From: an uncultured Gammaproteobacteria bacterium
GTDB taxonomy: Bacteria > Patescibacteriota > Microgenomatia > CAZETR01 > Amesbacteraceae
Direction of reading: 5' to 3'
DNA length: 64,000 nucleotides
Assembly: GCA_964366335.1 (NCBI GenBank)
Contig: CAYITQ010000001.1
Coordinates: 41,336-105,335, forward strand
Below, piece after piece: positions 16,024-25,331 of the stretch. Position 1 is the stretch's first letter. Each line of letters opens with the position of its first letter. The notes beneath the pieces were generated by a model. It did not search any database. It saw only the letters and a program-made list of their open reading frames with translations, and was not told the DNA's origin. Both the position numbers and the translations under genes were made by a program.

Positions 16024-17630
16024 AAAAATATATTCCATTATTTTTGATTTTAATTTTGGCTACAGTATTACGTGTCTGGAATATCTCTGGTAGCCCTTCG
16101 GGGCTCAATGCCGACGAAGCAGCTCTGGGCTACAACGCTTATTCTCTGATGTTGACTGGAAAAGATGAGCATGGCCATCCTTGGCCCGTTAATCTGGAAT
16201 CTTTTGGCGATTTCAAACCGGCTGGTTATGCCTATATATTAATTCCCTTTGTCAAAATCTTTGGTCTTACCGAATTCGCCGTCCGCCTCCCCTCGGTAAT
16301 ATTTGGGGTATTGGGAGTATTGGGAATTTATTTGTTAACCTACGAACTACTTAGCACTTGGCCCATAGCCCTTAGCACTGCTCTTATGCTCACAATTTCC
16401 CCTTGGCATTTACACTTTTCTAGAGGAGCTTGGGAAGTAAATGTCTCAACAACGTTTATAGTTTATGGTTTATGGTTCATAGTAAAATGGCTCAAAAGTC
16501 CAAAGTTTATATACTTAGCCCTTAGCACCTGGCACCTAGCACTGGCAATGTATTTCTATCAATCTTCCCGCGTCATCGTTCCACTATTGGGTCTAGGAAT
16601 ATTTATCATGTATTTCAAGAATTTTAAAACAAACCTCAAGCAAACAATAGTTTCTGGATTATTGTTGTTGGTATTATTATTACCTTTAATAATTTCGGTT
16701 ATAAGATCTGACGCTACATCCAGATTGAGCGGCGTAGGCTTATTAGCCGATTCGGGACCTACTGAGCGAGCCAAGGAACTTCGTATTCAGCATGGGGATC
16801 TCAAATCTATTCCTTCCAAGCTTTTGCACAATAGACCCGTACAATATGGTCTAAGATTTATTCAAAACTATCTCGATCATTTCGATGGTAATTTTCTGTT
16901 TGTAAACGGCGACGTCATCGAGCGTAGTAAGGTCCCGGAAATGGGTCTCTTTTATCTGACCGATTTTATTTTTCTAGCTCTTGGAATCGTTTATCTGCTT
17001 CGTACTCAGCACTTAGCCCCTAGCACTAATATAATCTGGCTCTGGCTTCTAATCGCACCAGTAGCTTCCGCCATGACATTCCAGACTCCTCACTCTCTCC
17101 GCGCCTTCAATATGGTAATTCCTATGACAATAATAATCTCTGTGGGAGTGTATCAAGTAATAAAATTTAAAAAACTATTTATCATTTTAATTGTTCCGTT
17201 ATATGTATATCAGCTTTCAGACTATTTGTATAAATATTACGTCCGTTATCCAAAAGAATATCCAGCCGCTTGGGAATATGGTTTTAAAGAACTGGTGGCC
17301 TATACAGAAAGTGTCAAAGACAAATATCCCAAAATCTGGGTGACAGACAAATATGACCAGCCCTATATATTGTTTCTATTTTATTCAAAATATGACCCAC
17401 GAAAGTTTCAGGGCAACCACACCCTTACATTTCGCGACAAATTCAATTTTTCTACTGTACGCGACTTCGATAAATATCATTTTGAATCCGCTCCTTGGGA
17501 CAAAGTCCGCAATCAGCATTCGGCATTGATAGTAGCTGCGCCAGAGGATATTCCAGATCTGGGAGTGGATGTGATAAAAACCATCAATTTCCCAAATGGC
17601 CTCCCGGCGTTTAAAATAGTATCAAATTGA
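16020..17630 (+). CDS. GT-C fold membrane glycosyltransferase, PMT/ArnT-like
   Basis: LNADEAALGYNAYSLMLTGKDEHG DE motif. ATGA-coupled. Contains three heptamer-repeat tracts. Confidence 0.8.
   Translation: MKKYIPLFLILILATVLRVWNISGSPSGLNADEAALGYNAYSLMLTGKDEHGHPWPVNLESFGDFKPAGYAYILIPFVKIFGLTEFAVRLPSVIFGVLGVLGIYLLTYELLSTWPIALSTALMLTISPWHLHFSRGAWEVNVSTTFIVYGLWFIVKWLKSPKFIYLALSTWHLALAMYFYQSSRVIVPLLGLGIFIMYFKNFKTNLKQTIVSGLLLLVLLLPLIISVIRSDATSRLSGVGLLADSGPTERAKELRIQHGDLKSIPSKLLHNRPVQYGLRFIQNYLDHFDGNFLFVNGDVIERSKVPEMGLFYLTDFIFLALGIVYLLRTQHLAPSTNIIWLWLLIAPVASAMTFQTPHSLRAFNMVIPMTIIISVGVYQVIKFKKLFIILIVPLYVYQLSDYLYKYYVRYPKEYPAAWEYGFKELVAYTESVKDKYPKIWVTDKYDQPYILFLFYSKYDPRKFQGNHTLTFRDKFNFSTVRDFDKYHFESAPWDKVRNQHSALIVAAPEDIPDLGVDVIKTINFPNGLPAFKIVSN
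16351..16379 (+). repeat. heptanucleotide tandem tract (ACTTAGC ACTTGGC CCATAGC CCTTAGC ACT)
   Basis: Same repeat family as 14854-14882, at the homologous position of the paralog. Confidence 0.55.
16513..16546 (+). repeat. heptanucleotide tandem tract (ACTTAGC CCTTAGC ACCTGGC ACCTAGC ACTGGC)
   Basis: Same family. Non-homologous position within the same gene. Confidence 0.55.
17003..17027 (+). repeat. heptanucleotide tandem tract (ACTCAGC ACTTAGC CCCTAGC ACT)
   Basis: Same family. Third tract in gene 16020-17630. Confidence 0.5.
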
Positions 17631-17631
17631 T

Positions 17632-18429
17632 ATGAAGAAAATCTTACTATCAGTAGTCCTCGCTACTTACAACGAAGAACGGAATATCGCCAGATGTCTG
17701 GATTCAGTTTGGGAGTTGGCAGATGAAATACTAATTGTAGACGGCAAGTCTACCGATGATACCGTCAAAATAGCCAAAAAATACAAGGCTAAGATTATTT
17801 TAGTTGACAATAATCCCACCCACTTTCATGCTCAGAAAAAAATCGCCATAGACAAAGCCTCTGGTGATTGGATCCTCCAGCTCGATGCTGATGAATGCTT
17901 GACCCCCGAGTTGGTCAATGAAATAAAGGGACACCTCCGAGGTGGCCGAATGGACTCCTCGGAGGTGAATGGGTATTGGTTGCCGAGAAAAAATTACTTT
18001 TTGGGACGGTTTTTGACCAAAGGTGGTCAATATCCCGATTACACCATGCGTCTGTATAGAAACGGCAAAGGTAATTTGCCGGCCCTCGATGTCCATGAGC
18101 AGGCAGTAATTGAGGGAGAAGTAGGGTATTTGATAAACCCCATGTTGCATTATGGCACTCCCGACTTTGAAAATTATCTCGTCCGCAACAATAAATATAC
18201 ATCTCTCATGGCTGAGCAATTTGCCGAGCAAAAAGTTCCCATTAATCTCCTTTACACTTTTATACATTTATTCTTTTATCCATTGCGCGAGTTTGTCTGG
18301 ATATATTTCAGACATCGTGGCTATGTAGACGGGTTTCCAGGCTTTGTCTTTGCCCTATTTTCCGGACTTCGCTTTGCTATTGCTTACATCAAATACTGGC
18401 AAGTTACTAAATATTCGGCACATGATTAA
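17632..18429 (+). CDS. family 2 glycosyltransferase (WaaE/KdtX-like subtype)
   Basis: LLSVVLATYNEERNIARCLDSV...ILIVDGKSTDDT. C-terminal YFRHRGYVDGFPGF amphipathic tail typical of the KdtX/WaaE-type GT2. Confidence 0.8.
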   Translation: MKKILLSVVLATYNEERNIARCLDSVWELADEILIVDGKSTDDTVKIAKKYKAKIILVDNNPTHFHAQKKIAIDKASGDWILQLDADECLTPELVNEIKGHLRGGRMDSSEVNGYWLPRKNYFLGRFLTKGGQYPDYTMRLYRNGKGNLPALDVHEQAVIEGEVGYLINPMLHYGTPDFENYLVRNNKYTSLMAEQFAEQKVPINLLYTFIHLFFYPLREFVWIYFRHRGYVDGFPGFVFALFSGLRFAIAYIKYWQVTKYSAHD

Positions 18430-19408
18430 AGTAGGCTTTATCACAAAATCCATGACCGATGACAATGCCCAGAGAGGAGTCGGTTTCTATGCCAAGCGTC
18501 TGCTCGAAAGGCTAAAGGCTCAAGGCTCAAGGCTCAATATTGAGATTTTAGAAGACAAATATAGTGAAGTGGATATAGTTCACTATCCATATTTTGATTT
18601 GTTCTACCACACTCTCCCCTTATTCCCAAAGACAAAAACAGTAGTCACGGTCCACGACGTCATACCTCTGGAATTTCCAAACGTATATAAGCAAGGTCTA
18701 AAAGCAAAGCTTAATTTGTACTTGCAAGGCCTGGCCTTGCAAACTGTTGGCACTGTTATTACCGATTCATTTTATTCACTCAAAAATATTCATAAATATT
18801 TAGGTGTCCCTCACGAAAAATTGAAATTAGTTTATCTGGCTGCGGATGAAATATTTAAACCAAAAAAAGTTACTAAAAAATATAATTTACCCAAAGATTT
18901 TGTATTGTATGTGGGGGATGTTAATTACAACAAAAATATTCCGGGACTGATCCAAGCCGCGAAGCTTGCAAATTTACCATTAGTCATGGTTGGTAAACAA
19001 GCAGCCGAAGTTGAATCAATGGATTTGAATCACCCAGAACTTGTCCATCTTTCTATGAACTATGAACTAATAACTAATTACCCGATACGGTTGGGATTTG
19101 TCCCAGATGAGGATTTGGTAGATATTTATAATTTGGCAAGCGTATATTGCCAGGCATCATTCTCAGAAGGCTTTGGTCTCAATCCTTTGGAGGCATTGGC
19201 CTGTGGGACACCTGTGGCATCAAGTAATCGTGGCTCTCTACCAGAAATATTGGGTGAAAATGCTGTCTATTTTGATCCCGATGACACTTCACAAATAGCT
19301 AGTGCCATATTGAAGGCCAAAAATAGTAAAATAGACTTCAAATCAAATTTGACTTGGGAAAAAACAGCAAAAGAAACGTTAATGATCTACAAATCACTAT
19401 GTCCATAA
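18422..19408 (+). CDS. family 4 glycosyltransferase (GT4, GT-B fold)
   Basis: C-terminal EGFGLNPLEALACGTPVASSNRGSLPEI (E-x7-E GT4 signature). ATG at 18422 overlaps the upstream stop. Confidence 0.8.
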   Translation: MIKVGFITKSMTDDNAQRGVGFYAKRLLERLKAQGSRLNIEILEDKYSEVDIVHYPYFDLFYHTLPLFPKTKTVVTVHDVIPLEFPNVYKQGLKAKLNLYLQGLALQTVGTVITDSFYSLKNIHKYLGVPHEKLKLVYLAADEIFKPKKVTKKYNLPKDFVLYVGDVNYNKNIPGLIQAAKLANLPLVMVGKQAAEVESMDLNHPELVHLSMNYELITNYPIRLGFVPDEDLVDIYNLASVYCQASFSEGFGLNPLEALACGTPVASSNRGSLPEILGENAVYFDPDDTSQIASAILKAKNSKIDFKSNLTWEKTAKETLMIYKSLCP

Positions 19409-20502
19409 AAACAATTTTTAAATATATTCTCACTTGGCAGATGGCCATAATTATTGTTTCCCGCTCAGCGGGATTATTTTTGCCTCTGCAGGAAACCTAT
19501 ATTGGTGGCGCCACCCAAGCCTATGTCGAAAACCCCCTGCTCTATTCCAGAGCCAATTTTGATGGTAATCATTATCTGACTATTGCCAGACGGGGTTATG
19601 GCTATGCCCAGCAAGCCTTCTTTCCGCTTTATCCAAACTTAATCCGTTATTTTTCCAAATACATGCTTCCGGTTACCTCGGGTGTGGCCATTAGCATTGT
19701 TAGCTTTTTTATCGCCATTATATTTTTGGTCAAACTGGTTAAACTAGACGATTCTGATCCAAATATTGCCAAGTGGACAATAATCAGTTTATTAACCTTT
19801 CCCACAAGCTTCTTTTTGGGCAGTGTTTATACCGAAGGCTTGTTTCTGATGCTGGTGGTTTTGAGTTTTTATTGTGCTAGGACTGGCCGCTGGTGGCTAG
19901 CCGGTATCTTTGGGGCATTCGCCAGCTATACCCGCTTTGTAGGTATATTTTTATTACCAGCTTTATTGTTTGAATGGTTTGAGACTTCAAAAAACAAGAA
20001 AAATTTAATACCAATATTATTAATCCCAATAGGTTTATTAATCTATATGCAGTTTTTGGACAAAACTACTGGAGATCCTTTTGCCTTCATTCATGTCCAA
20101 AAACTATTTGGCCAAGGCAGAAGTGAGAAGTTTATCTTGCTCTACCAAGTATTTTGGAGATATATCAAGATGGTTTTTACAGTAGATCTCAACAATCCTA
20201 TTTATCCCACGGTGGTTCTGGAATTTGTGACTGGTATTGCCTTCCTGTGGGCTTCAATAGCAGTCGCAATTAAGCAACGCCGTTCATATGCTGTCTTTGC
20301 CGTCCTTTCCTACCTTATACCCACTCTCACAGGCAATCTGGTGTCTCTGCCCCGCTATATCCTGACTGCATTTCCTTTTTTTATAGGTTATGGTAGATTT
20401 TTAACACAATATAAACATCTTCGTCTGATTATATTACCTGTCAGTGGACTACTGTTAGTTATTTATTTAGGGATGTTTATACGAGGTTATTGGGTTGCAT
20501 GA
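19399..20502 (+). CDS. polytopic membrane protein, PIG-V/GT76-like mannosyltransferase family (putative)
   Basis: ANFDGNHYLTIARRGY...FFPLYP loop-1 segment resembling PIG-V-type GT-C enzymes. About 8-10 TM helices. Confidence 0.45.
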   Translation: MSIKTIFKYILTWQMAIIIVSRSAGLFLPLQETYIGGATQAYVENPLLYSRANFDGNHYLTIARRGYGYAQQAFFPLYPNLIRYFSKYMLPVTSGVAISIVSFFIAIIFLVKLVKLDDSDPNIAKWTIISLLTFPTSFFLGSVYTEGLFLMLVVLSFYCARTGRWWLAGIFGAFASYTRFVGIFLLPALLFEWFETSKNKKNLIPILLIPIGLLIYMQFLDKTTGDPFAFIHVQKLFGQGRSEKFILLYQVFWRYIKMVFTVDLNNPIYPTVVLEFVTGIAFLWASIAVAIKQRRSYAVFAVLSYLIPTLTGNLVSLPRYILTAFPFFIGYGRFLTQYKHLRLIILPVSGLLLVIYLGMFIRGYWVA

Positions 20503-21779
20503 AAGAAAAGATAAAATCTGTTTGGACAAATCCAGCTCTACGTGGGACGTCAATATTTATGGTGGGTAACGTTGTGGTCAGTGGTTTGGCTTTTACCTAT
20601 CATTTCTTGTTAGCCAGATTATTGGGCCCACATGAATATGGTATTTTGGCCGCCTTATTTGGTTTGTTGTACTTTGTTCAAGTTCCTATAAATACTGTAG
20701 ATTTTTTGATTACAAAATTAATATCTAGTTTTGAAGCCGAAAAAATTGTTAGCCACACCCGAGGGTTGATAAGTTATTTAGTACAAAAGGTAGGTTTAGT
20801 ATCTTTACTGGTATTTCCAGTTTTATTATTACTATCTAAGTTTGTGCAAGATTTTCTCAAACTTCCGGAAATAGGTCCAGTGATTGCCATTTGGTTATTT
20901 ATCTATCTACTATTAATTATTACTGTCTTACGGGCGGTGCTTAAAGCATGGCTACGGTTTACTGACCTAGTCTTGAATCAAATCATTGAAATGGTTGCAA
21001 GACTTGGACTCTCAGTGGTTTTTATTTATTTTGTTTCAGCTTGGTATGGTTGGGGTTTAGTAGGAGTTATTCTGGCTTCGTTGCTAGTTTTATTTATAAG
21101 TTTGTTTCAGGTGCGCGAAATATTATCAGTACCAACAGATAAATTTGAACATCACAAATGGCCGATTAAATCTCTGGGGATCGGGGGATTAGTATTGTCA
21201 CTTGCTTATACTCTCATGTATTCAATTGACATTTTATTAGTCAAACATTTTTTTAGTGATTATTGGACCGGTATTTATGCAGTACTGGTTACAGCCGGTA
21301 AAGTGGTCTATTTTGCTCAATCGCCCTTGAGTACAGCAATGATCCCGGTGGTGGCTAGAAAATCCCAGCATCCGGCTCACGCCAGAAATGACCTATGGTT
21401 TTTACTTGGAATTTCAGGATTAATCGGGACGTCGATCGTGGGCTTGTATTTTGTTGCCTCGCAAGCATTAGTTATATCGGTGTTTTCGAGTAAGTTTATC
21501 GCGGCCGCCCCTTTGATGGCTTGGATGGGCCTGGCAATTTTTGGTTATGCCCTAGCCAATACCTGCGCCGGATTTTTATTGGCCTTAAATAAGACAAAGG
21601 CTGCCTGGATTTCATTGCTTGGATTGTTTGCCGAAGCAACCGGAATCTATTTATTTCATGCCAGTTTGACTCAGGTTGTATTATCTTTGGGAATTGTTTT
21701 TGGTATACTTGCCCTAGTTTTAATAATTTATAGCTTCTATGTCACGCGTCCAGCTATCAATAGTAGTCCCGGCTTATAA
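20499..21779 (+). CDS. Wzx-like oligosaccharide/polysaccharide flippase (MOP superfamily)
   Basis: 429 aa, 12-14 TM helices. N-terminal LRGTSIFMVGNVVVSGLAFTYHFLLARLLGPHEYG typical of Wzx/polysaccharide biosynthesis proteins. ATGA-coupled. Confidence 0.7.
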   Translation: MKEKIKSVWTNPALRGTSIFMVGNVVVSGLAFTYHFLLARLLGPHEYGILAALFGLLYFVQVPINTVDFLITKLISSFEAEKIVSHTRGLISYLVQKVGLVSLLVFPVLLLLSKFVQDFLKLPEIGPVIAIWLFIYLLLIITVLRAVLKAWLRFTDLVLNQIIEMVARLGLSVVFIYFVSAWYGWGLVGVILASLLVLFISLFQVREILSVPTDKFEHHKWPIKSLGIGGLVLSLAYTLMYSIDILLVKHFFSDYWTGIYAVLVTAGKVVYFAQSPLSTAMIPVVARKSQHPAHARNDLWFLLGISGLIGTSIVGLYFVASQALVISVFSSKFIAAAPLMAWMGLAIFGYALANTCAGFLLALNKTKAAWISLLGLFAEATGIYLFHASLTQVVLSLGIVFGILALVLIIYSFYVTRPAINSSPGL

Positions 21780-22479
21780 ACAGGAAAAACAGATTGTAAA
21801 AAATCTGCAAGATTTAGATGGGGTTCTGAAGGGAATGGGAGTGAGCTATGAGATTATTTGTGTCGTAGATGGATTTCTGGATAAGACCTTTGAAAAAGCC
21901 AAATCAATTGTTTCAAAAAATATTAAGGTCATAGGTTATCCCAACAATTCCGGTAAAGGATTTGCTGTTCGTTACGGAATGTCTCACGCCAGCGGCAGTA
22001 TAATTGGTTTCGTAGATTCTGGAGAGTTAGATTACGGTATGATCCCAATGATGTTGGAACACTTCAAATGGTATAAAGCGGATGTTATTATCGCCTCAAA
22101 ACGCCATCCAGTGTCTCAAGTTTATTATCCTTGGCAAAGAAAAATTTTATCATTTGGTTATCAGATGGGAGTAAAATTACTATTTGGATTAAATGTTCGT
22201 GATACTCAAGTGGGAATGAAATTATACAAAAAAGCACTCATAAAAGCAGTACTTCCCCGACTTTTAGTAAAGAAATTCGCTTTTGACATTGAAATTCTTG
22301 CCGTAGCCCACCATTTGGGCTTCACTAAAATATTTGAAGCCCCCGTTAAACTTTCTATGAAATTTTTACACACCTCTTCAATCTTTAATACAGGTTTCAT
22401 TAAAACTGCCTTTAATATGGCTTGGGACACTCTGGCCGTTTTTTACCGTTTGAAAATAATGCATTTTTATGATGCGTAA
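21739..22479 (+). CDS. family 2 glycosyltransferase (polyprenyl-phosphate sugar synthase-like, DPM1/GtrB type)
   Basis: LSIVVPAYKQEKQIVKNL...VDGFLDKT. Size and motifs fit the Dpm1/GtrB-like GT2 that make lipid-phosphate sugar donors for GT-C enzymes. Confidence 0.7.
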   Translation: MSRVQLSIVVPAYKQEKQIVKNLQDLDGVLKGMGVSYEIICVVDGFLDKTFEKAKSIVSKNIKVIGYPNNSGKGFAVRYGMSHASGSIIGFVDSGELDYGMIPMMLEHFKWYKADVIIASKRHPVSQVYYPWQRKILSFGYQMGVKLLFGLNVRDTQVGMKLYKKALIKAVLPRLLVKKFAFDIEILAVAHHLGFTKIFEAPVKLSMKFLHTSSIFNTGFIKTAFNMAWDTLAVFYRLKIMHFYDA

Positions 22480-24226
22480 TTTATTAGTAATCGCGATATC
22501 GTTTTTCATCTTTGTTCCTAGCGTATATGCCTCGGAAAGATTTATAAATATTGTCAATCCCGTCAGGGTATCCAAGTACAATCTAAACACCTCAGTCAGT
22601 ATCAATGCTCAATATGAAATAATAAATAAGTTTAATTTACCAGCAACATGGCTTCTCACCTTAGATGTTTTAGGTGACAAAAATGCAATTAATACTTTAA
22701 AAAATTTTGATAAAAATCAAGAATTAGGAATATTCTTAGAAATAAGTCAAGATTCAGCCGATAAATCTGGAATCGTTTACCATAATACTGGATCTTGGCA
22801 TTTTGCCAATGCGGTATTTTTATCAGGCTATACCCAAGAAGAAAGAATCAAGTTTATAGACACTGTGTTTGCAGAGTTCAAAGAGCAATTTGGTTATTAC
22901 CCTGTCTCTGTAGGGGCCTGGTGGGTGGATAGTTTTTCTCTGCAATACATGCACGATAAATATGGTGTCATTGCCAATTTATCCTGCGCTGATCAATATT
23001 CTACAGATAATTATCAGATTTGGGGGACTTATTGGTCCACCCCTTATTATCCGAGTATTATCCATGCCGGAATTCCTGCCCAGAGCCCGGAAAATAAAAT
23101 AGGAGTGGTTACTATGCAGTGGGCACCCCGTGATCCCCGCCGGGGCTATTACAGCAGTCTGTACAGTACCCAGGATTATTTTACGACCCCCAAACTTGAT
23201 ATCAATTATTTTTCTAATCTGATAGATGTATTTTCTCAGGTTACTGTGGGACTAGAGGGTGATTTTAGTCCCGATGTTTATCGCGGTGAATTTACCAACC
23301 AAATACAGGTTGTGGCTCAAAAAACCGCAACCAAAGTGACCATGGGAGACTTTGCCAAATGGTATAAAAATAAATTTCCCGATGTATCTCCTGAACAAAA
23401 AATTAATTTTGACGGTATGATCTGGTATCAGTCTCCATATTATAGATTGGGTATAGATGAGACGAATAAAAAAATTATTGACCTCAGAATTTATTCGTCA
23501 GAATATAGAGAGGCGTATTATCTCTGGCCAAATAGGGAAAAAGACTTGCGTATCAATATTCCGTCTTTAATTGATTCCGTTCAAGACCCTTTAGAAGTCT
23601 GGCAAATTACGGATGTAAATATCAAAACTATGCCTAAGTATTTTGAGTCTGAAAACAAACCTCCCGCAAGATTTTTTAAATCAGACTTTGTTTCGGTAAA
23701 AAAATCAGGCAATACTTGGCGGGTAGAGATTAACAACAACTTTAAAGACGGAGAGATATTTAGCGACTGGAGTCTGGAAACAAAACACTTACTTAAAGCA
23801 CCCAGAACGCTTATCAGAACGATGATCTCTTTAAACTGGAATAAATTCAAAAAAGAAAACTATTGGATTTCTCCGGAAGAAATTATCGGATTGGACAAAT
23901 TGAGACAATTGCCCGCAGGTAAAGTGCTGGTTTATGATTACGAATGTTTGCAATGTGAGTATTTCGGCAAATCCAAACCAGCTGTTTTTGCTAATTACAG
24001 AGATTATGTAGGTAAATATTCACAGAAAAAAATTGTCTACAACAGTGAGATAGTTGATTCCAGAGACAGAAATATTGTTAAAGACAAGCTAAAGTCTATG
24101 AGAATAGATTATATATATTTAACCAAATATGACCCCTCTGAATTTTTGAAACTTTCCCCTGGCGACTACGGCATCGAGAAAATATTTGAGAACGCCGTCG
24201 TTCAGATTTGGAAAGTAGTAAAATAG
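22469..24226 (+). CDS. exported hypothetical protein (N-terminal signal peptide)
   Basis: MMRNLLVIAISFFIFVPSVYASE signal-like N-terminus. 585 aa, no TM afterwards, Trp/Tyr-rich. Possibly a carbohydrate-active or carbohydrate-binding protein. Confidence 0.5.
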   Translation: MMRNLLVIAISFFIFVPSVYASERFINIVNPVRVSKYNLNTSVSINAQYEIINKFNLPATWLLTLDVLGDKNAINTLKNFDKNQELGIFLEISQDSADKSGIVYHNTGSWHFANAVFLSGYTQEERIKFIDTVFAEFKEQFGYYPVSVGAWWVDSFSLQYMHDKYGVIANLSCADQYSTDNYQIWGTYWSTPYYPSIIHAGIPAQSPENKIGVVTMQWAPRDPRRGYYSSLYSTQDYFTTPKLDINYFSNLIDVFSQVTVGLEGDFSPDVYRGEFTNQIQVVAQKTATKVTMGDFAKWYKNKFPDVSPEQKINFDGMIWYQSPYYRLGIDETNKKIIDLRIYSSEYREAYYLWPNREKDLRINIPSLIDSVQDPLEVWQITDVNIKTMPKYFESENKPPARFFKSDFVSVKKSGNTWRVEINNNFKDGEIFSDWSLETKHLLKAPRTLIRTMISLNWNKFKKENYWISPEEIIGLDKLRQLPAGKVLVYDYECLQCEYFGKSKPAVFANYRDYVGKYSQKKIVYNSEIVDSRDRNIVKDKLKSMRIDYIYLTKYDPSEFLKLSPGDYGIEKIFENAVVQIWKVVK

Positions 24227-24230
24227 CTTC

Positions 24231-25331
24231 ATGAATATCTTAATCTTGTCCTGGCGTGATCCCCGCAATCCCAAAAGCGGAGGAGCAGAAATGGTCATGT
24301 TGAAGTATGCCCTGCATTGGACGAAGTCCGGTCATAAAGTGTTTTGGTTGGGCAGCCGCTATGATAATCTATCTGTTATCGAGAATATAGGTGGATTAAA
24401 TATTCACCGTGTCGGACCGGAATTGCAATTTTATAATACTTGGACAATGCTTCTTACCTACCCTGTATTTTTGTTAAACAGTATTTGGATTGGTTGGGGA
24501 ATTGCCAGACATCAAAATATCAATTTAGTTATAGATGCTATTCATGGATTGCCATTATTTTCTCCGTTTTATGTCAAGTGCCGTAAGGTCCTCTGGGTAT
24601 GTGAGGTAGCTGGCACGATTTGGGACAAAATGTATCCTTTTCCAATCAACTGGATAGGAAAAGTTTTGGAAAAATTGGTGTATTTTATTTATCAGAACAG
24701 CGAAATCTGGGCTATTTCAGAAAGTACAAAGAACGATATCCTTAAGATTAATCCGAAATTGCATGTAAAAATTGTTCCTCTGGGAATAGATATAAAAAGA
24801 TTCTCTCCAATAAAAAAGTTCGGTTTCCCATCAGCTTTATTTGTAGCACGGTTGGTAAAAATGAAAGGAATTGAGTCAGCAATTAAAGCTGCCAGGGAAA
24901 TAAGAAAAAAATTCAATAATTTTGTTCTGTATGTTATCGGTGATGGCGATTCTGATTATATAAAGTCTCTAAACGCCCCATCGTGCGTAATATTCTTAGG
25001 TAGATTATCCGATAAAGATAGAAATAAATATTTATCAAGGTGTCATTTTTTGATTCATCCTTCATTTAAAGAAGGTTTTGGGTTGACAGTTTTGGAAGCT
25101 GCTGCCTCCGGCACTCCGACAATAGCCAGAAGGGGAAGCAGTATGGATGAACTGATAAATGACGGGAATGATGGGTTATTATTTGACAGTGATAAACAAA
25201 TTTCTAATCTCTACTTAAAATATTTTGATAATACTAAATATAAAGCACTAACAAGCAATGCTTTTAAGAGTAGCCATAAATACAATTGGATACAAATATT
25301 ATCTAATTCCCGAAAAATCACTCAAATATGA
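24231..25331 (+). CDS. family 4 glycosyltransferase (GT4)
   Basis: EGFGLTVLEAAASGTPTIARRGSSMDELI GT4 signature. N-terminal ...PRNPKSGGAEMV typical of a GT4 N-domain. Confidence 0.8.
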   Translation: MNILILSWRDPRNPKSGGAEMVMLKYALHWTKSGHKVFWLGSRYDNLSVIENIGGLNIHRVGPELQFYNTWTMLLTYPVFLLNSIWIGWGIARHQNINLVIDAIHGLPLFSPFYVKCRKVLWVCEVAGTIWDKMYPFPINWIGKVLEKLVYFIYQNSEIWAISESTKNDILKINPKLHVKIVPLGIDIKRFSPIKKFGFPSALFVARLVKMKGIESAIKAAREIRKKFNNFVLYVIGDGDSDYIKSLNAPSCVIFLGRLSDKDRNKYLSRCHFLIHPSFKEGFGLTVLEAAASGTPTIARRGSSMDELINDGNDGLLFDSDKQISNLYLKYFDNTKYKALTSNAFKSSHKYNWIQILSNSRKITQI

